Source: Candidatus Methylomirabilota bacterium
GTDB taxonomy: Bacteria > Methylomirabilota > Methylomirabilia > Rokubacteriales > CSP1-6
Length of the DNA stretch: 64,000 nt
Direction: 5' to 3'
Assembly (NCBI GenBank): GCA_035315345.1
Contig: DATFYA010000085.1
Location: forward strand, 2,288 to 66,287
The notes under the pieces were generated by a model. It was not told where the DNA came from and made no database searches. It saw only the letters and a list, made by a program, of their open reading frames with translations. Both the position numbers and the translations under genes were made by a program. This document shows positions 1 through 9,642 of the stretch, one piece after another. The stretch's first letter is position 1. Each line of letters begins with the position of its first letter.

Positions 1-483
1 GCGCTGGTCATCCTGCCCCACCGCGAGGCGGTGGGGGAGCTGTTCGAGGCCCGACGCCTGCTCGAGCCCGCTATCGCGGCCCTCGCCGCCCGCCGGGCGA
101 CCCGCGAGGAGATCTCCGAGATGGAGCGGATCCTCGAGGATCAGGCCAAGGAGGTGGCGGGCGGCCGGACCGGCATGCTGCAGGACACCGCGCTCCACGC
201 GGCCATCGCCAACAGCGCCCACAACCGCGCCATCACCCGGATCGTCAACGCGCTGATGGATCTGCTCACCCAGAGCCGGGAGGAGTCACTGCACACGCCG
301 GGCCGCCCGACGCGGTCGCACGAAGACCATCGGCGCATCCTGGCCGCCGTGCAGCAGCGGGACGAGGTGGCGGCCCACCGGGCGATGCTGGATCATCTGA
401 TCGCGGTCGAGACGCTGGTGACCGGGGCCAAGAGCGACGACCGCGACGCCGGGGCGGGGCGGAGACGGAAGGCGCGATCCTGA
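1..483 (+). CDS. GntR/FadR-family transcriptional regulator, C-terminal (FCD-like) part; 5' end lies outside the window
   Basis: ORF runs in from the window edge. Helical C-terminal domain with motifs typical of FadR/GntR effector domains (…ALHAAIANSAHNRAITRIVNAL…). No N-terminal HTH visible because it is upstream of position 1. Confidence 0.45.
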   Translation, partial: ALVILPHREAVGELFEARRLLEPAIAALAARRATREEISEMERILEDQAKEVAGGRTGMLQDTALHAAIANSAHNRAITRIVNALMDLLTQSREESLHTPGRPTRSHEDHRRILAAVQQRDEVAAHRAMLDHLIAVETLVTGAKSDDRDAGAGRRRKARS

Positions 484-547
484 CGCAGCGCTGAGAAATC
501 CCGTGCGGTGGCCGTTCGTAAGTGCCCGTTGCAGCACGATTAAATCG

Positions 548-576
548 TTGACATCCTCGCCTGAGCGCCCTACCAT
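548..576 (+). promoter_or_regulatory. putative sigma70-type promoter for ppdK (TTGACA-17 nt-TACCAT)
   Basis: TTGACA at 548-553, 17-nt spacer, TACCAT at 571-576, about 80 nt upstream of the ppdK start. Seen directly in the sequence. Confidence 0.4.
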
Positions 577-654
577 CACGTATTGACGCAGGCCCTTGAA
601 CGGGCCTGTGTCCTTTTTCTCTGCGACAGGCAGTGTCGCCCAGGGGGTCCTTGG

Positions 655-3429
655 ATGCCGCGGACGAGCAGTCGAAAGAGCACAGGCCGCGCATCCCGCC
701 CGCCCGCTCGCACCCCGAAGTACGTCTACGCGTTCGCCAACGGCCGGGCCGAGGGCTCGAGCGCCATGCGCGACCTGCTGGGCGGCAAGGGCTGCGAGCT
801 GGCCGAGATGACGAACATGGGCGTGCCGGTGCCACCCGGCTTCACCATCAGCACCGAGGCGTGGGCGGACTACAACGCGGCCGGCAAGAAACATCCTGCC
901 GGGCTGTGGGATCAGGTCATGGTCCACCTGTCCCGCCTGCAGACGGCGGCCGGCAACCGCCTCGGCGACCCCACGCGTCCGCTGCTGGTCTCGGTCCGAT
1001 CCGGGGCGCGCGTCTCGATGCCCGGGATGATGGATACGGTCCTCAACCTCGGCCTCAACGACCAGACCGTGCTCGGGCTGGCCCAGCGCACCCGGAACGA
1101 GCGCTTCGCCTGGGACTGCTACCGGCGCTTCATCACGCTGTTCGGCGACGTGGTCCTGTCCATCGACCGTCGCGCCTTCGACACGCTGCTCGACGCGGCC
1201 AAGCAGCGCGCGGGGGCGAAGACCGACGCCGATCTGCCACCCGACGCGCTGAAGAGCCTCGTCGCCGAGTTCAAGAGCGTCGTCCAGCACAAGACCGGGC
1301 GCGCCTTCCCACAGGATCCCCTGGAGCAGCTGCGTCTGGCCATCAACGCGGTGTTCGATTCGTGGTGGGCCAAGAAGGCGGTCGACTACCGGCGCATCCA
1401 CCGGCTGGCGGACGACTGGGGCACCGCGGTGACGGTGATGGCCATGGTCTTCGGCAATCTCGGGCCGACCTCCGGCACCGGGGTGTGCTTCTCGCGCGAT
1501 CCGTCGAGCGGGGAGCGCCGGTTCTTCGGCGAGTTCCTGGTCAACGCCCAGGGCGAGGACGTGGTGGCCGGCATCCGCACCCCTGAGCCGCTCGACGCGC
1601 TCAAGACGCGCATGCCCGCGGTGTATCGCAAGCTCACCGCGATCAAGGACCGGCTCGAGGCCCACTACCGCAACATGCAGGACATCGAGTTCACGGTGCA
1701 GGAGGGTCGGCTCTACATCCTGCAGACGCGCTCGGGCAAGCGCACCGCCGCCGCCGCGGTGCGCATCGCGGTGGAGATGTTCCGGGAGAAGCGCATCGAT
1801 CGCGACACCGCGCTCCTGCGGGTGGAGCCGGCCTCGCTGCACCAGCTGCTCGTGAAGACGGTGGATCCCCAGGCCCGGTACACCGCCATCGCGAGCGGGC
1901 TGCCCGCCACGCCCGCGGCCGCCGTCGGCAAGGTCGTCTTCGACCCCGAGACGGCGGTGGAGATGGCGCTGCGCGAAGAAGCGGTCATCCTGGTGCGCTC
2001 GGAGACCTCGCCCGAGGACGTGGCCGGCATGCACGCCGCCCAGGGCGTCCTCACTTCTCGCGGCGGTCTCACCTCGCACGCGGCGGTGGTGGCGCGGGGC
2101 TGGGGCAAGTGCTGTGTGGTCGGCGCCGGCGACGTGGTGGTGGACGAGGAGAACCACCTCTTCCGGGCCGGGCGCGCGGTCGTCCGGGAGGGGCAGGTCG
2201 TCACCCTCAACGGGGCCACCGGCGAGGTGATCGTGGGGGCGCAGCCCCTGGTCGATCCCAAGCTCTCCGACGAGTTCCGGGAGCTGCTCGGCTGGGCGCA
2301 CGAGCGGGCGACGACCAGCGTGCGCGCGAACGCCGATACCCCGGCCGACGCGGCCAAGGCGCGTGAGTTCGGCGCGGTCGGCATCGGCCTCGTGCGCACC
2401 GAGCACATGTTCTTCGGCGACGAGCGCATTCCGATCGTGCGCGAGATGATCATGGCCGGCGACGTCCAGTCGCGGAAGAAGGCGGTGGACAAGCTCCTAC
2501 CCTTCCAGCGCGAGGACTTCATCGGCATCCTCCGGGCGATGGCTCCGCATCCGGTGACGATCCGGCTGCTGGATCCCCCGTTGCACGAGTTCCTGCCCAA
2601 GTACAAAGAAGTGCTCGAAGAGTACACGCGACTGGACGCGCGCGGCTTCAATCCCGAGCGGCACGCCGAGCTCGGGGCCGTGAAGGCGCGCCTGGAAGCG
2701 CTGCTCGAGGCGAACCCGATGCTCGGCCATCGCGGATGCCGGCTCGGCATCACGTTCCCCGAGATCTACGACATGCAGGTACGGGCGATCATGGAGGCGG
2801 CCTGCGAGGTGGTCGGGGCCGGCCACCGGGTGGAGCCCGAGATCATGATTCCGCTCACCGGCACCGTGGCCGAGATGAAGCTGACTCGCGAGATGACCGA
2901 TCGAGTGGCGCAGCAGGTCATCGCGGAGACCGGCAAGCGCGTGCCCTACTCGGTCGGCACCATGATCGAGGTGCCGCGGGCGGCCCTGATCGCCGACCGC
3001 ATCGCGGAGTACGCCGAGTTCTTCTCGTTCGGCACCAACGACCTGACCCAGATGACGTTCGGGTACAGCCGGGACGACATCGGCAAGTTCCTGCCGTACT
3101 ACCTCGAGAAGAAGCTGCTGCCGAGCGACCCCTTCGCGGTCCTGGACCAGGAGGGCGTCGGCGAGCTGGTTCGCATCGGCATCGAGCGAGGCCGGAAAGC
3201 GGTGCCGGGCCTGAAGGTCGGCATTTGCGGCGAGCACGGCGGGGAGCCCTCGTCGGTGGAGTTCTGCCACCGCGTCGGGATGACCTACGTCTCGTGCTCG
3301 CCCTACATGGTGCCGGTGGCGTGGCTCGCGGCGGCCCAGGCCGAGATCAAGTGGCCGGGCGAGGGGCCGCCGAAGGCGAGCCGTCCGAGTTCGGCGAGGC
3401 GCAGCCGCAGGCGAGCCGAGCGGATATGA
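655..3429 (+). CDS. ppdK: pyruvate, phosphate dikinase
   Basis: About 925 aa. N-terminal …KYVYAFANGRAEGSSAMRDLLGGKGCELAEMTNMGVPVPPGFTIST… and C-terminal PEP-utilising domain (…GICGEHGGEPSSV…) are textbook PPDK. ORF as given starts at 583; ATG at 655 is chosen as the first Met before the conserved KYVYxF block, so the start is uncertain. Confidence 0.9.
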   Translation: MPRTSSRKSTGRASRPPARTPKYVYAFANGRAEGSSAMRDLLGGKGCELAEMTNMGVPVPPGFTISTEAWADYNAAGKKHPAGLWDQVMVHLSRLQTAAGNRLGDPTRPLLVSVRSGARVSMPGMMDTVLNLGLNDQTVLGLAQRTRNERFAWDCYRRFITLFGDVVLSIDRRAFDTLLDAAKQRAGAKTDADLPPDALKSLVAEFKSVVQHKTGRAFPQDPLEQLRLAINAVFDSWWAKKAVDYRRIHRLADDWGTAVTVMAMVFGNLGPTSGTGVCFSRDPSSGERRFFGEFLVNAQGEDVVAGIRTPEPLDALKTRMPAVYRKLTAIKDRLEAHYRNMQDIEFTVQEGRLYILQTRSGKRTAAAAVRIAVEMFREKRIDRDTALLRVEPASLHQLLVKTVDPQARYTAIASGLPATPAAAVGKVVFDPETAVEMALREEAVILVRSETSPEDVAGMHAAQGVLTSRGGLTSHAAVVARGWGKCCVVGAGDVVVDEENHLFRAGRAVVREGQVVTLNGATGEVIVGAQPLVDPKLSDEFRELLGWAHERATTSVRANADTPADAAKAREFGAVGIGLVRTEHMFFGDERIPIVREMIMAGDVQSRKKAVDKLLPFQREDFIGILRAMAPHPVTIRLLDPPLHEFLPKYKEVLEEYTRLDARGFNPERHAELGAVKARLEALLEANPMLGHRGCRLGITFPEIYDMQVRAIMEAACEVVGAGHRVEPEIMIPLTGTVAEMKLTREMTDRVAQQVIAETGKRVPYSVGTMIEVPRAALIADRIAEYAEFFSFGTNDLTQMTFGYSRDDIGKFLPYYLEKKLLPSDPFAVLDQEGVGELVRIGIERGRKAVPGLKVGICGEHGGEPSSVEFCHRVGMTYVSCSPYMVPVAWLAAAQAEIKWPGEGPPKASRPSSARRSRRRAERI

Positions 3430-3469
3430 GAAGAAGTCACGCTTGCAGCACCCAAAGGAGACAGAAGCG

Positions 3470-5224
3470 GTGAAGCTTTCAGGCGCTCAGATCGTGCTCG
3501 AGTGCATCAAGCGAGAGGGCGTGGATCTCATCTTCGGTCTGCCGGGCGGCGCGGTCCTGCCGATCTACGACGCCCTGTACGACTTCGAAGGACTGCGCCA
3601 CGTCCTGGTACGCCAGGAAGCCGCGGCCGGGCACGCCGCGGAAGGCTACGCGCGGACGTCGGGCAAGGTGGGAGTCTGTCTGGTCACCTCCGGACCGGCC
3701 GCGACGAACCTCGTGACCGCCCTGCAGGACGCGCTGATGGACTCGATTCCGATCGTGGCCTTCACCGGCCAGGTGCCGACGCATCTCATCGGCAACGACG
3801 CCTTCCAGGAGGCCGACAACGTCGGCATCACCCGCTCGGCCACCAAGCACAACTTCCTGGTGAAGGACGGCAAGGATCTGGCGCCGATCATCAAGGAGGC
3901 CTTCTATCTGGCCTCCACCGGCCGGCCGGGTCCGGTCCACGTGGATCTGCCCAAGGACATCCTGGTCAAGGAGTGGACCTTCGAGTACCCGGAGCGCGTG
4001 CACCTGCGCTCCTACAACCCGACCTACGAGGGCCATCCCGGGCAGATCAAGAAGGCGGCCCGCTCGATGGTGCGGGCGAAGCGCCCGGTGCTCTACGTGG
4101 GCGGCGGGGCCATCTCCTCGGACGCCGCGCCCGAGCTGCGCGAGCTGGCCGACCTGACCCAGATCCCGGTGACCCAGACCCTGATGGGGCTGGGAGCGTT
4201 CCCGATGGCGGACCCGCTGTCGCTCGACATGCTGGGCATGCACGGGACCTATTACGCGAACATGGCGGTGCACCACGCGGATTGCCTGGTCGCGGTGGCC
4301 GCGCGCTTCGACGACCGGGTGACCGGGAAGGTCGACGCGTTCTCGCCGAACGCGGAGATCATCCACATCGACATCGATCCCTCGTCGATCTCCAAGAACA
4401 TCAAGGTCGACATCCCGATCGTGGGCGACTGCAAGCGGGTCCTGCGCCGGCTGGTGGAGGCGGTGCGCGAGGAGATGAAGGACGGCGTGCCCGCCGCGGT
4501 GGCGGAGGGCCGGCGGCAGTGGGCGACCCAGATCGCGGAGTGGAAGCGCGACTTTCCCCTGCGCTACGACTGGGACGACGACGTCATCAAGCCCCAGTAC
4601 GTGATCCAGGAGCTGTCGAACCTCACCAACGGCGAGGCGCACGTGGTCACCGGGGTCGGCCAGCACCAGATGTGGGCCGCCCAGTACTACCGCTTCAAGC
4701 ACCCGCGGCGCTGGTGCACCTCGGGCGGGCTCGGCACCATGGGCTACGGGCTGCCCACCGCGATGGGCGTGCAGGCCGCGCATCCCGGCAAGCTGGTGGT
4801 GAACATCGACGGCGACGGCTCGTTCTCCATGAACAGCCAGGAGCTGGCCACCTGCTTCACCGAGAACCTGCCGGTCAAGACCGTCATCATCAACAACAGC
4901 GGGCACGGCATGGTGCGCCAGTGGCAGCGCATCATCTACAAGGAGCGCTTCTTCGCCATCGACCTGCCCGGCATTCCGGACTGGGTGAAGCTCGCGGAGG
5001 CCTACGGGTGCGTGGGTATCCGGGTGACCAAGCCGAGCGAGGTGGTGCCCGCGCTGGAGAAGATGCTGAGCACGCCGGCCCCGGTGGTGATGGACGTGTG
5101 CGTGGACAAGGACGAGTGCGTGTTCCCCATGGTGCCTGCCGGCGGCGCCAACAAGGACATGATCCTCGCCCTCCCCACTCGCGAAGTGAAGGAGAAAGCC
5201 GCCAAGTCCCAAACCGGATTTTGA
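3470..5224 (+). CDS. ilvB: acetolactate synthase (acetohydroxy-acid synthase) large subunit
   Basis: ThDP enzyme, …VKLSGAQIVLECIKREGVDLIFGLPGGAVLPIYDAL…GxGxMG… The track start at 3443 is a TTG. GTG at 3470 is preceded by AAAGGAG and is preferred. Confidence 0.9.
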   Translation: MKLSGAQIVLECIKREGVDLIFGLPGGAVLPIYDALYDFEGLRHVLVRQEAAAGHAAEGYARTSGKVGVCLVTSGPAATNLVTALQDALMDSIPIVAFTGQVPTHLIGNDAFQEADNVGITRSATKHNFLVKDGKDLAPIIKEAFYLASTGRPGPVHVDLPKDILVKEWTFEYPERVHLRSYNPTYEGHPGQIKKAARSMVRAKRPVLYVGGGAISSDAAPELRELADLTQIPVTQTLMGLGAFPMADPLSLDMLGMHGTYYANMAVHHADCLVAVAARFDDRVTGKVDAFSPNAEIIHIDIDPSSISKNIKVDIPIVGDCKRVLRRLVEAVREEMKDGVPAAVAEGRRQWATQIAEWKRDFPLRYDWDDDVIKPQYVIQELSNLTNGEAHVVTGVGQHQMWAAQYYRFKHPRRWCTSGGLGTMGYGLPTAMGVQAAHPGKLVVNIDGDGSFSMNSQELATCFTENLPVKTVIINNSGHGMVRQWQRIIYKERFFAIDLPGIPDWVKLAEAYGCVGIRVTKPSEVVPALEKMLSTPAPVVMDVCVDKDECVFPMVPAGGANKDMILALPTREVKEKAAKSQTGF

Positions 5225-5248
5225 GTCGGAGGAGGCCTCGACGACTCC

Positions 5249-5340
5249 GACGAGCGTCCGCCGCCTGGGGGAGTGCGGGGGCCATGTCGGGGCCCCCGCA
5301 TAAGAAAGAGGGGCGGGTCCGGACGTCCGCCCCCAGCGGG
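5249..5340 (-). repeat. REP/BIME-like hairpin repeat (inverted pair) in the ilvB-ilvH spacer; same family as the 45606-45775 copy
   Basis: The reverse complement of 5249-5305 is …CTTATGCGGGGGCCCCGACATGGCCCCCGCACTCCCCCAGGCGGCGGACGCTCGT…, about 90% identical to 45606-45664. A partial direct-orientation copy (CGGACGTCCGCCCCCAG) lies at 5316-5337. Confidence 0.6.
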
Positions 5341-5394
5341 CAGCCCGGCGCGAATGCAGATCGGGCGTGATCTGGCCGGAAAGGACGGGTTGAA

Positions 5395-5985
5395 GTGGCC
5401 GAAGCAGGGAACATCGAAAAGCATACGATTGCGGTTCTGGTCGAGAACAAGTTCGGGGTGCTCTCGCGCGTGGCGGGGCTGTTCTCGGCGCGCGGGTACA
5501 ACATCGAGAGCTTGTCGGTGGGGGAGACGCTGGATCCCTCGGTCTCCCGCATGACCCTCGTGGTGCGCGGCGACGCCTTCATCATCGAGCAGGTCATCAA
5601 GCAGCTGCACAAGCTGATCGACGTCATCAAGGTCACCGATCTGAGCGAGGAGAATCACGTCGAGCGCGAGATGCTCCTGCTGAAGGTCAACGCGGAGCCG
5701 GCCAACCGGGCGGAGATCCTCCGCCTGGGCGACATCTTCCGGGCCAAGGTGGTGGACGTGACCCCCACGACGTACACGCTGGAGGTCACCGGCGAGGAGT
5801 CGAAGATCGAGGGCATCATCGAGCTGCTGCGGCCTTTCGGTATCCAGGAGATCGTCCGGACCGGGAAGGTCGCCATCGCCCGCGGCCCCAAGACCCGCCT
5901 GCGCAAGATCGAGGAGCGGCTGGGCAAGTCGCGCGAATCGCGGCCGGCCAGCGACGATCCCCGAGTGGTCGGATTCGCGGACTGA
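5395..5985 (+). CDS. ilvH: acetolactate synthase small (regulatory) subunit
   Basis: ACT-domain protein, …[36 protein letters not shown]…, immediately downstream of ilvB. GTG start. Confidence 0.9.
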   Translation: MAEAGNIEKHTIAVLVENKFGVLSRVAGLFSARGYNIESLSVGETLDPSVSRMTLVVRGDAFIIEQVIKQLHKLIDVIKVTDLSEENHVEREMLLLKVNAEPANRAEILRLGDIFRAKVVDVTPTTYTLEVTGEESKIEGIIELLRPFGIQEIVRTGKVAIARGPKTRLRKIEERLGKSRESRPASDDPRVVGFAD

Positions 5986-6030
5986 TTCTCCGTCACTGAT
6001 CTCAACGCAGCCAAGAAAGGCAAGAGGACC

Positions 6031-7035
6031 ATGCCGGCCAAGATCTTCTACGACCAGGACGCAGACCTCGGTCTGCTGCGCGGCAAGACCGTCGCGATCA
6101 TCGGCTATGGCAGCCAGGGCCACGCCCACGCGCTCAACCTCAAGGACTCCGGCCAGAACGTGGTGGTCGGGCTCTACAAGGGCTCGAAGAGCTGGACGCG
6201 CGCCGAGAAGGACGGCCTCCGGGTGACCACCGTCAACGACGCGGCGGCCGCCGGGGACATCGTGATGATCCTGCTGCCGGATCAGACCCAGCGGCAGGTG
6301 TTCGAGGAGTCGATCAAGGGCGTGCTCACCAAGGGCAAGATGCTGATGTTCGCCCACGGCTTCAACATCCACTTCAACCAGGTGGTGCCGCCGGCGGACG
6401 TGGACGTGTCGATGATCGCCCCCAAGGCGCCCGGCCACGTGATGCGCGATCTGTTCACCCAGGGCCCGGGGGTGCCGGGGCTGGTGGCGGTGAACCAGGA
6501 CGTGTCCGGCAAGGCGCGTGATCTGGCGCTGGCCTACGGCAAGGGCGTCGGCTGCACCCGCGCCGGGGTCATCGAGACCACGTTCAAGGAGGAGACCGAG
6601 ACCGACCTGTTCGGCGAGCAGACGACGCTGTGTGGCGGCGTCTCGCACCTGATCAAGGCGGCCTACGAGACCCTCGTCGAGGCCGGCTATCAGCCCGAGG
6701 TCGCCTACTTCGAGTGCATGCACGAGATGAAGCTGATCGTGGACCTCTTCTACCAGGGCGGGCTCGCCTACATGCGCTATTCGGTGTCGGACACCGCGGA
6801 GTACGGCGACTACACCCGTGGCCCGCGCATCATCGACGACCGCGCGAAGGCCGAGATGAAGAAGATCCTCGCCGAGATCCAGTCCGGCCAGTTCGCCCGC
6901 GAGTGGGTGCTCGAGAACCAGGCCCATCGCGCCGGTTTCCTCGCCATGCGCAAGCGCGACGCGGATCATCCCATCGAGGAAGTGGGCGGCCGCCTCCGCA
7001 AGATGATGGCCTGGATCAAGCCGCCGCGGGAGTGA
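6031..7035 (+). CDS. ilvC: ketol-acid reductoisomerase
   Basis: …[38 protein letters not shown]…, class I KARI, 334 aa. Confidence 0.95.
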   Translation: MPAKIFYDQDADLGLLRGKTVAIIGYGSQGHAHALNLKDSGQNVVVGLYKGSKSWTRAEKDGLRVTTVNDAAAAGDIVMILLPDQTQRQVFEESIKGVLTKGKMLMFAHGFNIHFNQVVPPADVDVSMIAPKAPGHVMRDLFTQGPGVPGLVAVNQDVSGKARDLALAYGKGVGCTRAGVIETTFKEETETDLFGEQTTLCGGVSHLIKAAYETLVEAGYQPEVAYFECMHEMKLIVDLFYQGGLAYMRYSVSDTAEYGDYTRGPRIIDDRAKAEMKKILAEIQSGQFAREWVLENQAHRAGFLAMRKRDADHPIEEVGGRLRKMMAWIKPPRE

Positions 7036-7682
7036 TTCCGCTCGGCGCGGAGTCGCGGTTGCGGATCCCGGTAGCCTCCGAGGGCTGGCCCTTCATCCTG
7101 CCGCTCGCGATGGCGGCGTGTATCATGGGTTGGATGGGCTGGTGGGCGGCCGCCGCGGTCTTCGGGGTGGCCGCCCTGGCCTGTCTGGGATTCTTCCGCG
7201 ATCCCGATCGCACTCCGCCCGAGGTGCCGGGAGCCGTGCTGGCCCCCGCCGATGGCCGGGTGATGGCGGTGGTCGAGGCCACGGATCCGTGGGTCGGTCA
7301 GGCGGTGCGCGTCTCGATCTTCCTGTCGCCGCTCGACGTGCACGTCAACCGCTCGCCGATCGCGGGCCTGGTGAAGAACGTGGAGTACGCGCCCGGCCGC
7401 TTCGTGGCCGCGTACCGGCCGGAAGCATCCGAGGAGAACGAGCGGTGCACCGTCAGCCTCGAGGGAGAGACGCGGGTCGCGGTGAAGCAGATCGCGGGGG
7501 TGGTGGCGCGCCGGATCGTGTGCCGGGTGCAGCCCGGTGATCCGCTGAGAGCCGGCGAACGGTTCGGCTTGATCCGGTTCGGCTCGCGCACCGATCTGAT
7601 CGTGCCGCGCGGCACGACCGTGAAGGTCGCGGTCGGAGATCGGGTGCGGGGAGGAGAGTCCGTGATGGGAGTGCTCGGATGA
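7032..7682 (+). CDS. psd: phosphatidylserine decarboxylase proenzyme (short, archaeal/type-II-like form)
   Basis: GTG start overlaps the ilvC stop (GTGA). Membrane anchor plus …[17 protein letters not shown]… with the GS(R/T) self-cleavage motif region typical of PSD. Confidence 0.75.
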   Translation: MIPLGAESRLRIPVASEGWPFILPLAMAACIMGWMGWWAAAAVFGVAALACLGFFRDPDRTPPEVPGAVLAPADGRVMAVVEATDPWVGQAVRVSIFLSPLDVHVNRSPIAGLVKNVEYAPGRFVAAYRPEASEENERCTVSLEGETRVAVKQIAGVVARRIVCRVQPGDPLRAGERFGLIRFGSRTDLIVPRGTTVKVAVGDRVRGGESVMGVLG

Positions 7683-8509
7683 GACGCCGACATGGTAGCG
7701 ACCCCTCCGGCCGCGGTCCGCGGCGACGGAAGTGGCACGAGCTGCGCGCGCAGCCCCGGCGCGGTATCTTCCTGCTGCCGAGCCTGCTGACCACCGGCAA
7801 CCTGTTCTGCGGGTTCCTCGCCCTCGTCCTGGCCTCCCAGTCGCGCTTCGTCGAGGCGGCGATCTCGCTGTTCGTGGCGATGGTGCTGGACACGCTGGAC
7901 GGCAAGGTGGCGCGCCTCACCAACACCACCAGCCAGTTCGGCGTGGAGTTCGACTCGCTCGCCGACGTGGTGTCGTTCGGCGTCGCGCCCGCGTTCATGC
8001 TGTACGTCTTCGCGCTGGCCCCGCTCGGCCGCGCCGCGTGGCTCGCCGCGTTCCTGTTCGCGATCTGCGGCGCTCTGCGTCTGGCCCGCTTCAACGTGCA
8101 CTCCGGCGTGACCGACCGCCGCTACTTCGTCGGGCTGCCGATCCCGGCCGCCGCCGGCATGGTGGCCTCGGTGGTGCTGCTGCTGGGCGACGACGAGATC
8201 CCGCGCTGGCTCGGGGCGGCCATCGCGGTTGGCACCTACGCGGTCTCGATCCTGATGGTGACCACGTTCCGGTACTACTCCTTCAAGGAGATCGACTTCG
8301 CCCGGCGGCGGCCCGCGAGCGTCCTGGTGCTGGTGGTGCTGGGCGTCCTGATCGTGGCCACGCATCCGCAGTGGTTCCTGTTCCTGCTCTTCTCCACGTA
8401 CGTGCTGAGCGGCCCCACGCGGCCCCTGTGGGCCCGGCGCCGCGAGGTGCTGGGCCTCGCCGCCGACCGCGAGACGGGCGAGGGGCACGAGCGCGAGCGG
8501 AGAGCCTGA
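7679..8509 (+). CDS. pssA: CDP-diacylglycerol--serine O-phosphatidyltransferase (CDP-alcohol phosphatidyltransferase family)
   Basis: ATGA overlap with psd. Signature D-x2-DG-x2-AR-x8-G-x3-D-x3-D present (DTLDGKVARLTNTTSQFGVEFDSLAD). Multi-TM. Confidence 0.8.
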   Translation: MRRRHGSDPSGRGPRRRKWHELRAQPRRGIFLLPSLLTTGNLFCGFLALVLASQSRFVEAAISLFVAMVLDTLDGKVARLTNTTSQFGVEFDSLADVVSFGVAPAFMLYVFALAPLGRAAWLAAFLFAICGALRLARFNVHSGVTDRRYFVGLPIPAAAGMVASVVLLLGDDEIPRWLGAAIAVGTYAVSILMVTTFRYYSFKEIDFARRRPASVLVLVVLGVLIVATHPQWFLFLLFSTYVLSGPTRPLWARRREVLGLAADRETGEGHERERRA

Positions 8510-8518
8510 GGAGACGTC

Positions 8519-9613
8519 ATGGCGACGTACAAGATCGCGGTGCTGCCCGGCGACGGGATCGGGCAAGAGGTCACCCCCGAGGCCCAGAAGGTCCTGCAGG
8601 TCGTCGCGAAGGCCACCGGCATCGGCTTCGAGTTCGAGACCGCGTTGATCGGCGGCTCGGCGATCGACGCCACCGGCCACCCGTTGCCGCCGGCCACGCT
8701 GAGCCTCTGCCAGAGCGCGCAGGCGATCCTGTTCGGCGCGGTGGGCGGCCCCAAGTGGGACGGCCTGCCGCAGGAGCACCGCCCGGAGCGCGGGCTGCTC
8801 GGCATTCGCAAGGAGCTGGACCTCTTCGCCAACCTGCGCCCGGCCACGTGCTTCCCGATGCTGGTGGATGCCTCGCCGCTCAAGCGCTCGGTGGTCGAGG
8901 GCACCGACCTCATGGTGATTCGCGAGCTCACCGGCGGCCTCTACTTCGGCGAGCCGCGCGGCCGCGAGGACTTCGCGGACGGCGGGGCCCGGGCGGTGAA
9001 CACCATGGCCTACACCACCCGGGAGATCGAGCGGGTGGCCCGCGCCGCCTTCGACGTGGCCATGAAGCGCAAGAAGCGCCTGGCCTCGGTGGACAAGGCC
9101 AACGTGCTGGTGGTCTCGCAGCTCTGGCGGGAGGTGGTGACGCGGGTGGCGAAGGACTATCCCCAGGTGGCGCTCGAGCACGTGCTCGTCGACAACTGCG
9201 CGATGGCGCTCGTCCACAAGCCCACCCACTTCGACACCATCGTCACCGAGAACACGTTCGGTGACATCCTGTCCGACGAGGCGGCCATCCTGGCCGGCTC
9301 CATGGGCATGCTGCCTTCGGCCAGCCTCGGCGGCAAGGGGGGGCGCATGGGCCTCTACGAGCCCGTCCACGGCACTGCGCCGGACATCGCCGGGCAAGGG
9401 GTGGCCAACCCGATCGCGGCCATCCTGTCGGCCTCCATGCTGTTGCGCTATTCGCTCGAGCGCGGAGCCGACGCGGACCGGGTGGACGCCGCGGTGCTGG
9501 CCGTGCTGGAGCAGGGCCACCGGACGCGTGACATCCACTCCGCGGGCACCAAGCTGGTGGGCACGGCAGAGATGGGCGACCTCATGGCACGACAGGTCGA
9601 GAAGTCATACTGA
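8519..9613 (+). CDS. leuB: 3-isopropylmalate dehydrogenase
   Basis: …[19 protein letters not shown]… and the C-terminal …[13 protein letters not shown]… block. 364 aa. Confidence 0.95.
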   Translation: MATYKIAVLPGDGIGQEVTPEAQKVLQVVAKATGIGFEFETALIGGSAIDATGHPLPPATLSLCQSAQAILFGAVGGPKWDGLPQEHRPERGLLGIRKELDLFANLRPATCFPMLVDASPLKRSVVEGTDLMVIRELTGGLYFGEPRGREDFADGGARAVNTMAYTTREIERVARAAFDVAMKRKKRLASVDKANVLVVSQLWREVVTRVAKDYPQVALEHVLVDNCAMALVHKPTHFDTIVTENTFGDILSDEAAILAGSMGMLPSASLGGKGGRMGLYEPVHGTAPDIAGQGVANPIAAILSASMLLRYSLERGADADRVDAAVLAVLEQGHRTRDIHSAGTKLVGTAEMGDLMARQVEKSY

Positions 9614-9642
9614 TCGATCAGCTATTCGGGGGACACTGAGAG

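Noticed and set aside
583-654. Upstream extension of ppdK (MTQALERACVLFLCDRQCRPGGPW…)
   Set aside because: It has no similarity to PPDK N-termini and would start inside the promoter/5'UTR. The conserved KYVYxF block begins soon after Met at 655.
286-2406. 706-aa minus-strand ORF opposite ppdK (similarly 5002-6969, 7298-9538, 20037-23090, 31308-33287, 35939-38419, 45610-47688, 57208-59112)
   Set aside because: All are antisense to confidently identified genes. Their compositions are dominated by R/G/A/P/H/D, with no motifs. They are GC-bias artefacts.
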